From: Thermoanaerobaculia bacterium
Lineage (GTDB): Bacteria; Acidobacteriota; Thermoanaerobaculia; UBA5066; Gp7-AA6
Direction of reading: 5' to 3'
NCBI GenBank assembly: GCA_035506175.1
Contig: DATJPZ010000049.1
Coordinates: forward strand, 13,356-77,355
Length of the DNA stretch: 64,000 nt
Numbering within the stretch: position 1 is the stretch's first letter; every line of letters starts with the position of its first letter. The notes beneath the pieces were generated by a model. It was not told where the DNA came from and searched no databases. It saw only the letters and a program-made list of their open reading frames with translations. Made by a program: the position numbers and the translations under genes. Positions 10,435 to 18,696 of this stretch are shown here, piece after piece.

Positions 10435-13400
10435 TTGCAACGCCGGTCGGTTCTCTTCGTCGCGTTCCTGCTCGCGCTGGCGTCTCTCCTCCGGGTTGAC
10501 GGCTGGATCGACTTCGCGCCGGCCCGCCCGCCGAGCGCGCCGCCGCCCGAGCTTTCGCGCCGGCTCGCCGAGGTCGCCGCCGACCTGACGCGGCGCGCTC
10601 AGGCCTTCGCGGCCGACGAGGAAGTGCGCCGGTCGCTCGAAGGCGGCGGCATCGCGCTTCGCCGGCAGGTCCTCTTCTCGGCGGCGCGCGACGTGATGGG
10701 GGACGCGGCGCCGGGGAGCTGGATCGCCCTGGCGGACCCGACCGGGAATCTGCTCGCCTGGTGGGGAGAAGCGCCGACGCGCATGCCGCCGGCGCCGGCC
10801 GACGGTCCGCTCGGCGTTCGCTGGTCGGCGACGCGCGTGGAGCTCGACTACTGGCGTCCGGCGGGCACCGACGCGTTCCCGGGGATCATCTGCGCCGCGC
10901 GCTCCGTGCCCGTCGAGGCCCCGGGCTTCGCCCGCGCCCTGGGTCTTGGTGGAGCGAGCGAGGTCTGGGAGCCCGTCGCTCCGCGGGGCGAGCTGCCGCT
11001 GGTACTCGCCGCGGGAACGCGGCCCCTCGTCGGGGCCCGCCGGGTCGAGGGCGAAGCGCCCCGGCGCTCGAAGACTGCGGGCGTCGCCGTCGCGGCGGCA
11101 GCCGCCCTGCCTTTGCTCGCTGCCGGATCGCTCTCCGTGGGCGCGGGGCTCGTCGTGCTCTTTTTCGCGGCCCTCGCCGCGGTCTCGCCCGGAGTCCACG
11201 TCTTCGCGTCGTGGGCGGTGTGGGCGCTCGCGCTCGGGCCGCTGCTCCTGCCGACCGGTCTGACGGCGCTCGCGCGTCGCGATCGGAAGCTCTCCGCGCC
11301 GGTGGCGATCGGCTACGCACTCCTCGCGGTCTCGATCGTCGTTGCGCGCCAGGCCGACGTGCCGGACCTCGTCCCGGGGCTCGCCGCCCGGAGCCCCGCG
11401 TTCGTCGAGCTCGCGGCTCTGACCGCGCTCTTCGGCGCCGCCCTCGCGATCGGCGCGTCGGCCGGCGATCGGGCGCGGCGCGGCGTGACCGGGCTGGCCG
11501 TCTTCGTGTCGGCCGCGGGCCTTCTCCTCGCCCTCGGCTTCGTCGGCGACTGGCCGCTGTTCCCGGTCGCCGTTGCCGCCGGCGCCGTGATCGCGTACGA
11601 GCTCTGGCGGCGCTCGATCGCCGGAGAGGGTCCGCGCGGCGCGCTCGGGCCCTTTCGGCTGACGGCGGCCGCGACGCTGCTCGTCGTCTTCGTGGCGGCT
11701 CCCTGCCGCGCTCACGACCGCATCGTGGCGGCCTATCGGACGGCGGCCGCGATTCGTCTGCCGGATGCCTCGAGGATCTCGGCCGCCGCGGTCGTCGCCG
11801 TGCGGCGCTCGGTCGAGCGCGTGGAACGCTTCGACCTCGCCCGCGACCTGCCGGCGCCCTGGCCCGAGGTCGATTTGTCGGACCTCGCCTACCGGCTCTG
11901 GCGGGAAGGGGAGGAAGAGGGTACGGCAGCGACGCTGATCGCCTACGAGGTGTACGACGGCTCGGGAGTCCTGCGCAGCCGTTTCTCCCTGATTCCGGAG
12001 GTCGATCTGGCCGGCCCCGCTCCCGAGGGAGCGGTGCTCATCGACCGGCACCGGGTCGCGGTCGTTCGGCGGCGCGCGGCGATTCTCGACGGCGGCTCGG
12101 CCTGGGGCCACGCGGTCGTCGCCGTGGCCGACTGGCCCTCGTGGGATCCGCTGCCCGCGCGCCTGGCGGTGTACCTGCGCCTGGTCGGCGGCGACACCGG
12201 CAGCGCCGAGGCGCGGCCGGTCCTCGCGCTCTACGGCCCCGACGGCGCCCGGCGCGAGGAAGGACCGGAGCTGCCGGAGGCGACGTTCGAGCGGACGCGC
12301 GCGGCGGCCGCGCCGCTGCCGATCCGCACCGCGTACCGGGGCGAGGAGCTCCACGGGGAGCTGCGCCCGCTCAAGGATGGATTCCAGCTGGTGGCGATCC
12401 CGGGTCCGGGATTCCTGGAACGGCTTCTGGCTTCGACGCAGCTCCTGCCGGCGGCGGCCGTTCTCTACGCCCTCGGCGCCGTCGTCGCCGCCTGGCGTCA
12501 CCTCATGCGACGACGGCCCCTGGCGCAGCTCGTTCCCGCGGCGTTCCGGAGCTTCCGCGGCCGGCTCCTCGCGCTCTTTCTCCTCTCGGTCATGGTTCCT
12601 CTGGCGGCCGTGACCGTCTTCCTGCGGTCCTCGATCGCGACGCGTTCGCGGCAGGACACGCTCGACCACGGGCGCACGGCCCTCGAGACGGCACGCCGCG
12701 TCCTCGACGACTACCTGCCGACGGCCGAGGCGGCGCTCGGCCGGTTGAACCTCGTGGACGACACGCTCCTGTCCTGGCTCGCCAACGCCGTCGGTTACGA
12801 CCTGTCGGTGTACTCGCCGGAAGCGCGGCTCGTCGCGACGTCGCGGCGGGACCTCTACGCGGCCGAGCTCCTCCCGCAGCGCGTTCCGGGCGCGACGTAC
12901 GCCGCGATCGGCCTCGGCGCGGCCCGGGAGCGGACGGACGCGCGCCTGATCGCCGGCAGCCGCTTCGAGGAGATCACGACCGAGCTCTCTTCGGTCCCGG
13001 GGGTCCCGGGCGTGCGCAGTCCCGGCCTGCTCTCGCTCCTGTTGCTGCCCCAGCAGCGCGTGGCCGAGGCCGAGGCCGCCCAGCTGACCGCGGCGGTCTC
13101 GGCGTTCAGCCTGCTCGTCTTTCTCGTGTCCGCGGCGGTCGCCGGACGGCTCGCGGTGCGCGTGGCGCGCCCGGTGGCGGATCTCGTCGAAGGCACGCGC
13201 GCGGTGGCCCGCGGCGACTTCTCGCCGCAGCTGGTCGAGCCGCCCGACGAGGAGTTGAAGGAGCTCGTGCGCGCCTTCCTCTACATGTCGCGAAGCCTCA
13301 AGCAGCAGACGGAAGCGCTCTCGCGCGAGAAGGAGAGGCTGGCGACGCTGCTCTCCCAGTTGACCGCCGGCGTCGTCGCCTACGACGACGAGGGCCGGGT

Positions 13401-14322
13401 CCTGCTCGCCAACCCCGCGGCGGCGAGGCTCGGCGGCGGCCGGGCCGACGGGGAGGACCTGGAAGACGTGTTCCCCGGGGAGGCGATGCGCCCGGTGCGC
13501 GCGGCGCTCGGCCGCCGCGACGCGCCGGCGACCACCTCGGACGAGCTCGAGCCGAGGGCGGGCGAGCGGTGGCGCGTCGTGACGGTGCCGTTGCCGCTCG
13601 GCGGCGCCGGCGCCCGCATGGCGGTCATCGAGGACGTTTCGGACGTCGTGCGCTCGAACCGCCTGGCGGCCTGGGCGGAGATGGCGCGCATCATCGCCCA
13701 CGAGATCAAGAACCCGTTGACTCCGATCCGGCTGTCGGTCGAACATCTGCGCGAGGTCTGGAAGCGGGGCTCGCCCGGCTTCGACCGCGTTCTCGAGGAG
13801 TGCGTGCAGAACGTGCTGCGTCAAACGGAATCCCTCCGGCACTCGGCGGCCGAGTTCTCCGACTACGCCCGCCTGCCGCGGCCCGAAATGCGGCCCCTGG
13901 ACGTCCGGGGACTCCTCGAGGAGGCGGCCGCGGCCTACGCGGCGGCGCCCGGAGTGCGTTTCGTGGTTTCGGCGCCCCCGGGCCTCGCGGCCCTGGGGGA
14001 CGCGCGGCTGCTCGCGCGGCTGCTCGCGAACCTTCTCGGCAATTCCGTCGAGGCGCTCGCGCAGGGCGGCGCGATTCGTCTCGAGGCAGCACCGGCGGAC
14101 GGACGGATCCGGGTCACGGTGGACGACGATGGTCCCGGGGTGACGGGGGACATCCTTCCGCGGCTGTTCGATCCGTACTTCTCCGCCAAGAGCGGGGGGA
14201 CGGGGCTCGGCCTCGCGATCGCGAAGAAGATCGTCGAGGAGCACGGCGGGGCGATCACCGCGCGCAATCGCGAGCCGTCGGGCTTGCGCGTCGAGTTCGA
14301 CCTGCCGGCGGTCCGGGCATGA
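10435..14322 (+). CDS. Large multi-TM sensor histidine kinase (HAMP-PAS-HisKA-HATPase_c)
   Basis: TTG start after the hutU stop (the only in-frame ATG lies inside hutU); about 9 TM helices; HAMP (AVARGDFSPQL), PAS, H-box IAHEIKNPLTPI, G-box GGTGLGLAI. Confidence 0.8.
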   Translation: MQRRSVLFVAFLLALASLLRVDGWIDFAPARPPSAPPPELSRRLAEVAADLTRRAQAFAADEEVRRSLEGGGIALRRQVLFSAARDVMGDAAPGSWIALADPTGNLLAWWGEAPTRMPPAPADGPLGVRWSATRVELDYWRPAGTDAFPGIICAARSVPVEAPGFARALGLGGASEVWEPVAPRGELPLVLAAGTRPLVGARRVEGEAPRRSKTAGVAVAAAAALPLLAAGSLSVGAGLVVLFFAALAAVSPGVHVFASWAVWALALGPLLLPTGLTALARRDRKLSAPVAIGYALLAVSIVVARQADVPDLVPGLAARSPAFVELAALTALFGAALAIGASAGDRARRGVTGLAVFVSAAGLLLALGFVGDWPLFPVAVAAGAVIAYELWRRSIAGEGPRGALGPFRLTAAATLLVVFVAAPCRAHDRIVAAYRTAAAIRLPDASRISAAAVVAVRRSVERVERFDLARDLPAPWPEVDLSDLAYRLWREGEEEGTAATLIAYEVYDGSGVLRSRFSLIPEVDLAGPAPEGAVLIDRHRVAVVRRRAAILDGGSAWGHAVVAVADWPSWDPLPARLAVYLRLVGGDTGSAEARPVLALYGPDGARREEGPELPEATFERTRAAAAPLPIRTAYRGEELHGELRPLKDGFQLVAIPGPGFLERLLASTQLLPAAAVLYALGAVVAAWRHLMRRRPLAQLVPAAFRSFRGRLLALFLLSVMVPLAAVTVFLRSSIATRSRQDTLDHGRTALETARRVLDDYLPTAEAALGRLNLVDDTLLSWLANAVGYDLSVYSPEARLVATSRRDLYAAELLPQRVPGATYAAIGLGAARERTDARLIAGSRFEEITTELSSVPGVPGVRSPGLLSLLLLPQQRVAEAEAAQLTAAVSAFSLLVFLVSAAVAGRLAVRVARPVADLVEGTRAVARGDFSPQLVEPPDEELKELVRAFLYMSRSLKQQTEALSREKERLATLLSQLTAGVVAYDDEGRVLLANPAAARLGGGRADGEDLEDVFPGEAMRPVRAALGRRDAPATTSDELEPRAGERWRVVTVPLPLGGAGARMAVIEDVSDVVRSNRLAAWAEMARIIAHEIKNPLTPIRLSVEHLREVWKRGSPGFDRVLEECVQNVLRQTESLRHSAAEFSDYARLPRPEMRPLDVRGLLEEAAAAYAAAPGVRFVVSAPPGLAALGDARLLARLLANLLGNSVEALAQGGAIRLEAAPADGRIRVTVDDDGPGVTGDILPRLFDPYFSAKSGGTGLGLAIAKKIVEEHGGAITARNREPSGLRVEFDLPAVRA

Positions 14323-15812
14323 GGGTTCGACGGGCGGCGGCGGTGTTCCTCGCGGTCGCCTCCGCCTGCCGACGGGCTCCGGCAAGCGCGGCGGCCGCGG
14401 TGGCGCCGAAGCCTCCGAAGGGCGACGTGCTGTGGCTCTCGGACCCGGCAGCCGCGGCCGACGCCGCGCTCGACGCTCAGGCCGAAAAGATCGGGGCCGC
14501 CGCGGTCTTTCTGGCGGCGGGCACTCTGGGGGCTCAACCCGGGCCCGGCGCCTTCGAGGCTGTGGCGCCGCCGCCGAAGCCGCTGACCCACGTTCCGGTC
14601 GTCCTCGTCGTGGCGCCGAGCGCGGCTCTGGCGGCCGCGCTCGCCAGCGGCGAAGGGCCCTCCGCCGCTCCGCTCGGGGCCGCGGGGGCCGCGGCGCTCG
14701 CCGCGGCGATTAGGGACGGGGCGTTCGGACGCGTGATCGGCGTCCACCTCGACTTTCCCTTCGGACCGAAGGCGGCCGCGCGCTACGCGGAGCTCGTCGG
14801 CGCGCTCCGGAAGGGGCTGCCGGCGGGTGTTTTCGTTTCGGTGTCGCTCAAGGCGCTGCCCGCGTCCGAGGACGACCGCAAAAAGGAGACGCCGCTCTAC
14901 GCGGCCGCCGACGCGCTCGTCGCCGTCGTCTTCGGCGTCGGGCCGCGCGTCGACCCGATCGCCACCGATGCCCTGCGCCGGCCCTGGTGGGCCGCCTACG
15001 ACACGCGAGCTGTCGGGGTTTTCACCGGGCCCGGCGGCGAGCCGCGGGGCGACGTGCCGGAGCGCCTGGCCGAGCCCCTTTCCGGAAACGCCCGCTTCCA
15101 ATTCGAGAACGACCTCTCGGTCAACGACGGGAGCGTCTGGGCCTTCACCCTCACGGCTCGCGCCCCGGTTCGACTGGAGGGGCTGGCCTTCGAGAGCGGC
15201 GACAGGGTCAACTTCCGGCTGCCCGCCGTCTCGGAGATGCTGTTCCAGCTCGGATCGAACCTGGCCGGCAAACGCTTCGCCCTCGGCCGCGCCCTCGTCT
15301 TCGGCGGCGCCACCGAAGCCGACCGGCTCTTCGACCTCGAGGCGATGGAAGACGTTCTGCTCGGGCGGGCGCTCGCGCCGCGGCTCGAGACCTCGGTCAG
15401 GCCGGCGGGCCGCAACGCCGTCGCCGTCGACCTCGCCAACCGTTCCGCGCATGCCTCGGTCGCCTCGCGCGTCGATAACTGGGTCGAGGTCGACGTCGCC
15501 CCCGCCCATCCCGCGGACGTCCAGGTCGGCGGCTTCGACCGCTACGAGGTGTTCGACCGCGCGGGCAAGGCGGTGACCCCCGGACGCGCCACCGTCGTGC
15601 GCTTCTACGAGACGCTGATCGCGCCCTTCGAGATCGTGACGCCCGCGCGCGTCGTCGTTCGCGGCAACCTCCCCGCGGCGTGCTGCCGGTACCGCGTCCA
15701 TGCCATGGCGGCGGCGGGACCCGAGGTGACGGAGGACTGGGTCGAGCCGCCCGCGCCGACGCCGAAGCCACGGCCGGAGGCGAAGAGGCCGCCTACGCGG
15801 AAGCGGGGCTGA
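14319..15812 (+). CDS. Hypothetical secreted/lipoprotein co-transcribed with the sensor kinase
   Basis: ATGA overlap with the kinase stop; N-terminus MRVRRAAAVFLAVASACRR (signal plus Cys); no known domain. Confidence 0.55.
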   Translation: MRVRRAAAVFLAVASACRRAPASAAAAVAPKPPKGDVLWLSDPAAAADAALDAQAEKIGAAAVFLAAGTLGAQPGPGAFEAVAPPPKPLTHVPVVLVVAPSAALAAALASGEGPSAAPLGAAGAAALAAAIRDGAFGRVIGVHLDFPFGPKAAARYAELVGALRKGLPAGVFVSVSLKALPASEDDRKKETPLYAAADALVAVVFGVGPRVDPIATDALRRPWWAAYDTRAVGVFTGPGGEPRGDVPERLAEPLSGNARFQFENDLSVNDGSVWAFTLTARAPVRLEGLAFESGDRVNFRLPAVSEMLFQLGSNLAGKRFALGRALVFGGATEADRLFDLEAMEDVLLGRALAPRLETSVRPAGRNAVAVDLANRSAHASVASRVDNWVEVDVAPAHPADVQVGGFDRYEVFDRAGKAVTPGRATVVRFYETLIAPFEIVTPARVVVRGNLPAACCRYRVHAMAAAGPEVTEDWVEPPAPTPKPRPEAKRPPTRKRG

Positions 15813-16539
15813 CCGGGTCCTTCCGGCGGAAGAGGCCGGCGATCTTGCCGACCGGCCCCGACACGACGAAGACGAGCGCGAGGGTCGCCAGCGCCATTTC
15901 CGGCCGGTAGGCGACGATGGCGAAGAAGAGCGCGATCGCCGGCAGGATCCAGGCGGGCCGGCGGCGCTTCAGGTCGAGGTCCTTGAAGGAGCGGTAGCGG
16001 ATCGTCGAGATCATCAGGAACGACAACAGGAACGTCAGCGCGAGCAGGCCTCCCATCCACATGCGGGACACGAGCCGCTCGGGTGTCGCGAGGACGATCG
16101 TCGCGACCGCGCCGGCCGCGGCCGGGATCGGCAGGCCGACGAAGTAGCGCTTGTCGACGATATGGGTCTGAATGTTGAAGCGGGCGAGCCGCATGGAGCC
16201 GCACACGACGAAGAGAAACGACGCCATCCAGCCGAGACGGTCGAAGTCGGCCAGCCCCCATGAATAGGCGAGCACGGCGGGAGCGACGCCGAAGGACACG
16301 AGGTCGGCCAGCGAGTCGTACTCCTCGCCGAATTCGGAAGTCGAGTGGGTCATCCGCGCGATGCGGCCGTCGAGCCCGTCGAGCACGCCGGCGGCGATGA
16401 TGAGGACGGCGGCGACCTCGAAGGTGCCGCGGATCGAGCACCAGAGGGAGAGGTACCCGCAGAAGAGGTTGCCGACCGTGAAGAGGGTCGGGAGGATGAA
16501 GAGGCCGCGCGACAGGCGCTCCCGGGAGAGGCGCGCCAC
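15793..16539 (-). CDS. pssA: CDP-diacylglycerol--serine O-phosphatidyltransferase
   Basis: CDP-alcohol phosphatidyltransferase motif DGLDGRIAR...FGEEYDSLADLVSFG. Confidence 0.9.
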   Translation of the reverse strand: MARLSRERLSRGLFILPTLFTVGNLFCGYLSLWCSIRGTFEVAAVLIIAAGVLDGLDGRIARMTHSTSEFGEEYDSLADLVSFGVAPAVLAYSWGLADFDRLGWMASFLFVVCGSMRLARFNIQTHIVDKRYFVGLPIPAAAGAVATIVLATPERLVSRMWMGGLLALTFLLSFLMISTIRYRSFKDLDLKRRRPAWILPAIALFFAIVAYRPEMALATLALVFVVSGPVGKIAGLFRRKDPVSPASA

Positions 16540-16540
16540 G

Positions 16541-17176
16541 TCAGGCGCCCCGGGGCCAGCGCGCGATCGCCGTCTGCCCGGCCTTGAGCTTGTCGCCCGG
16601 GCCGACGAGGACTTCGGCGCCGTCCGGCACGAAGAGGTCCACGCGGGAGCCGAAGCGGATCAGGCCGATGCGCTGCCCGCGGACCAGCGTGTCGCCGACC
16701 CGCGGATAGAAGATGATCCGGCGCGCGAGGGCACCCGCGATCTGCTTGAAGGTCACGCTGCCCGAGGGGGTGACGAGCGTGATGCGGTTCTGCTCGTTTT
16801 CCGCCGACGCCTTGTCGGAGAAGGCCGCCCCCTTCTGCCCGCGGACGTACGCGTAGTCGGCCAGACGGCCGGAGGCGGGAGCGCGGTTGACGTGGCAGTT
16901 GAAAACCGACATGAAGACCGACAGGCGCCGCCGAGCTCCCGGCGGGGCCTCGGGGGCCTCGGCGACGGAGAGGACGGTGCCGTCCGCGGGCGAGATCAGG
17001 GTGTCGTCGCCGCCCTCGGGCCGCCGCTCCGGATCCCGGAAGAACTGCACGAGAAAAAGCGTGGCGGCGCCCAAAACGGCTGCCGCCAGCGGGTGGCCGG
17101 TGAGGCCGGCCACGCCCCCGGCGGCGAGCGGCGGAACGATGAAGGCCCAGCCTTCGCGGGCGATCGGAACCCTCAG
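16541..17176 (-). CDS. psd: Phosphatidylserine decarboxylase (short/archaeal-type proenzyme), probable CTG start
   Basis: FGSRVD (GS pyruvoyl cleavage site) and FFRDPER; the conserved N-terminal IAREGWAFI is encoded upstream of the first canonical start (GTG 17113); CTG at 17176 has a GAGGAG SD 8 nt upstream and a CTGA overlap with the DUF465 stop. Confidence 0.75.
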   Translation of the reverse strand: MRVPIAREGWAFIVPPLAAGGVAGLTGHPLAAAVLGAATLFLVQFFRDPERRPEGGDDTLISPADGTVLSVAEAPEAPPGARRRLSVFMSVFNCHVNRAPASGRLADYAYVRGQKGAAFSDKASAENEQNRITLVTPSGSVTFKQIAGALARRIIFYPRVGDTLVRGQRIGLIRFGSRVDLFVPDGAEVLVGPGDKLKAGQTAIARWPRGA

Positions 17177-17397
17177 CTTGGGAGCTCCTCTCGGTGATGG
17201 CGGGCGATCGCTTCCATCCGGTCCTTGAGAAGGAGCTTTTCCTTCTTCAGGCGCTTTTCTTCCATCTCCTCGTCCTCGGAAAGGCGAGGCTTCCCGGCCA
17301 GCTCGTGGAGGCGCTGTTCGTGATGCCGGTGCTCTTCGCGCAGGCGGAGAAACTCCGGGTCGGACGCGGCAATCTCGCTGTTCCCGTGCTCCATCAT
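17173..17397 (-). CDS. DUF465 (YdcH-like) small protein
   Basis: 74 aa; HRHHEQRLHEL...LSEDEEMEEKRLKKEKLLLKDRM pattern typical of DUF465; AGGAGG SD 9 nt upstream of ATG. Confidence 0.7.
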   Translation of the reverse strand: MMEHGNSEIAASDPEFLRLREEHRHHEQRLHELAGKPRLSEDEEMEEKRLKKEKLLLKDRMEAIARHHREELPS

Positions 17398-17524
17398 CGG
17401 GTCAATCCTCCTTATCTTGTTCTCGAGAAAAGAGGGCGAGGCGGGTCACGAGTCCTAGTCTAGCCCCGGGTTCGGGGGGTTTCAACGGGGCGCGAAAGGC
17501 CCGCCGGGAGGGGGCTTTCCGCGT

Positions 17525-18013
17525 TCACCGGCCCTCCCCGTCGAGGGGCCGCACGAGGACGAGCGCGTCCTCGCCGTCCTGGTAGTACGCGCGCCGGCGG
17601 TACGCCTCCGTGAAGCCGTACGAGCCGTAAAACGTGCGCGCCGCGGCGTTGGAGATGCGCACCTCGAGGGTGATGGCCGTGGCGCCGATGAAACGCGCGC
17701 GGCCGAGGGCGTCCTCGAGGAGGACGCGGCCCCAGCCCTGGCGGCGCAGGCGCGCGTCGGTCGCGATCTTGTTGATGTGAAACTCCTCGTAGAGGGAGAC
17801 CGCGAACAGATAGCCGCCGATGCGGGGCGCGGCACCGTCCTCGCTCGCGAGGACGCGCAGGTAGCGGTGGGGCTCCACGAGCTCGCTCGCGAAGAAATCG
17901 CGCTTCCACGGCACCGGGAAGGATTCGGATTCGATCCGGGCGATCTCGTCGAGGTCGAAGGGGCTCGGCGGCCGGAGGCGGTACGGCCGCGGGCTCGGCT
18001 CACGCAGCGCCAT
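17525..18013 (-). CDS. rimI: Ribosomal-protein-alanine N-acetyltransferase (GNAT)
   Basis: GNAT motifs RRQGWGRVLLEDAL...FYGSYGF; 14-nt overlap with tsaB, as in rimI-tsaB operons. Confidence 0.8.
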   Translation of the reverse strand: MALREPSPRPYRLRPPSPFDLDEIARIESESFPVPWKRDFFASELVEPHRYLRVLASEDGAAPRIGGYLFAVSLYEEFHINKIATDARLRRQGWGRVLLEDALGRARFIGATAITLEVRISNAAARTFYGSYGFTEAYRRRAYYQDGEDALVLVRPLDGEGR

Positions 18014-18644
18014 GCTTCTCCTCGGCCGCGCTCGGCCGCGCGTAGATGCCGACCGGAGCGGCGGTCCCGGCCGACACCGTCCCCGACGCGCGCCGCACCG
18101 CGGCGGCCAGGGCGGCCGCCGGGGTCCCGGGGAGCGTTGACGCGGCGGGTTCGACGAGGGCCTCGGGCAGCGCGAAGAGGGGGTCGGCTCCCGCGCGTGC
18201 GCGGGCTTCGTTCGCGGCGACGAGCACCGGAGGGCCGAGCGAACGCGCGCGAGACCCCGTCAGGTCGAAACGCTCGAGCACCAGGTCGCCGCGCCCCGCG
18301 TCGAGCACGGCGACGGCGCGTCCGCCGGCCAGAGAACGCGCGGCCTCCGCGAGCGCTTCGAGCGTCGACACGGTTTCGAGCGCGGCGCCGGTCGCCCGCG
18401 CCAGGCCCCAGGCGGTGGCGAGGCCCACGCGCAGCCCGGTGAAGGATCCGGGCCCCGCGCAGACGGCGATCCGCGCGGTCTCGTCGAGCGCGACGCCGGC
18501 CCCGGCGAGGACGCGGCGGATCGCCGGAAGCAGCGCCTCCGATGCGCGGCGATCGAGCGGCAGGCGTTCTTCGTGAATCCCGTCGCGCGACAGCAGCGCG
18601 ACGGAGGGGCTCGGGCTGGCGGCGTCGAGGGCGAGGACGATCAT
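18000..18644 (-). CDS. tsaB: tRNA threonylcarbamoyladenosine biosynthesis protein TsaB (YeaZ)
   Basis: MIVLALDAASPSPSVAL...GPGSFTGLRVGLATA. Confidence 0.85.
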   Translation of the reverse strand: MIVLALDAASPSPSVALLSRDGIHEERLPLDRRASEALLPAIRRVLAGAGVALDETARIAVCAGPGSFTGLRVGLATAWGLARATGAALETVSTLEALAEAARSLAGGRAVAVLDAGRGDLVLERFDLTGSRARSLGPPVLVAANEARARAGADPLFALPEALVEPAASTLPGTPAAALAAAVRRASGTVSAGTAAPVGIYARPSAAEEKHGAA

Positions 18645-18696
18645 CGTTTCTCGGGGCGCGGCGGCCGCCGCGGCCTTGGGGCTATGCTAGCACCCC

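Noticed and set aside
17398-17524. Possible terminator hairpin CCCCGGGTTCGGGGGGTTT between rimI and DUF465
   Set aside because: It is on the + strand, where no gene ends. It lies in the minus-strand promoter region and lacks a proper U-tract in the relevant orientation.
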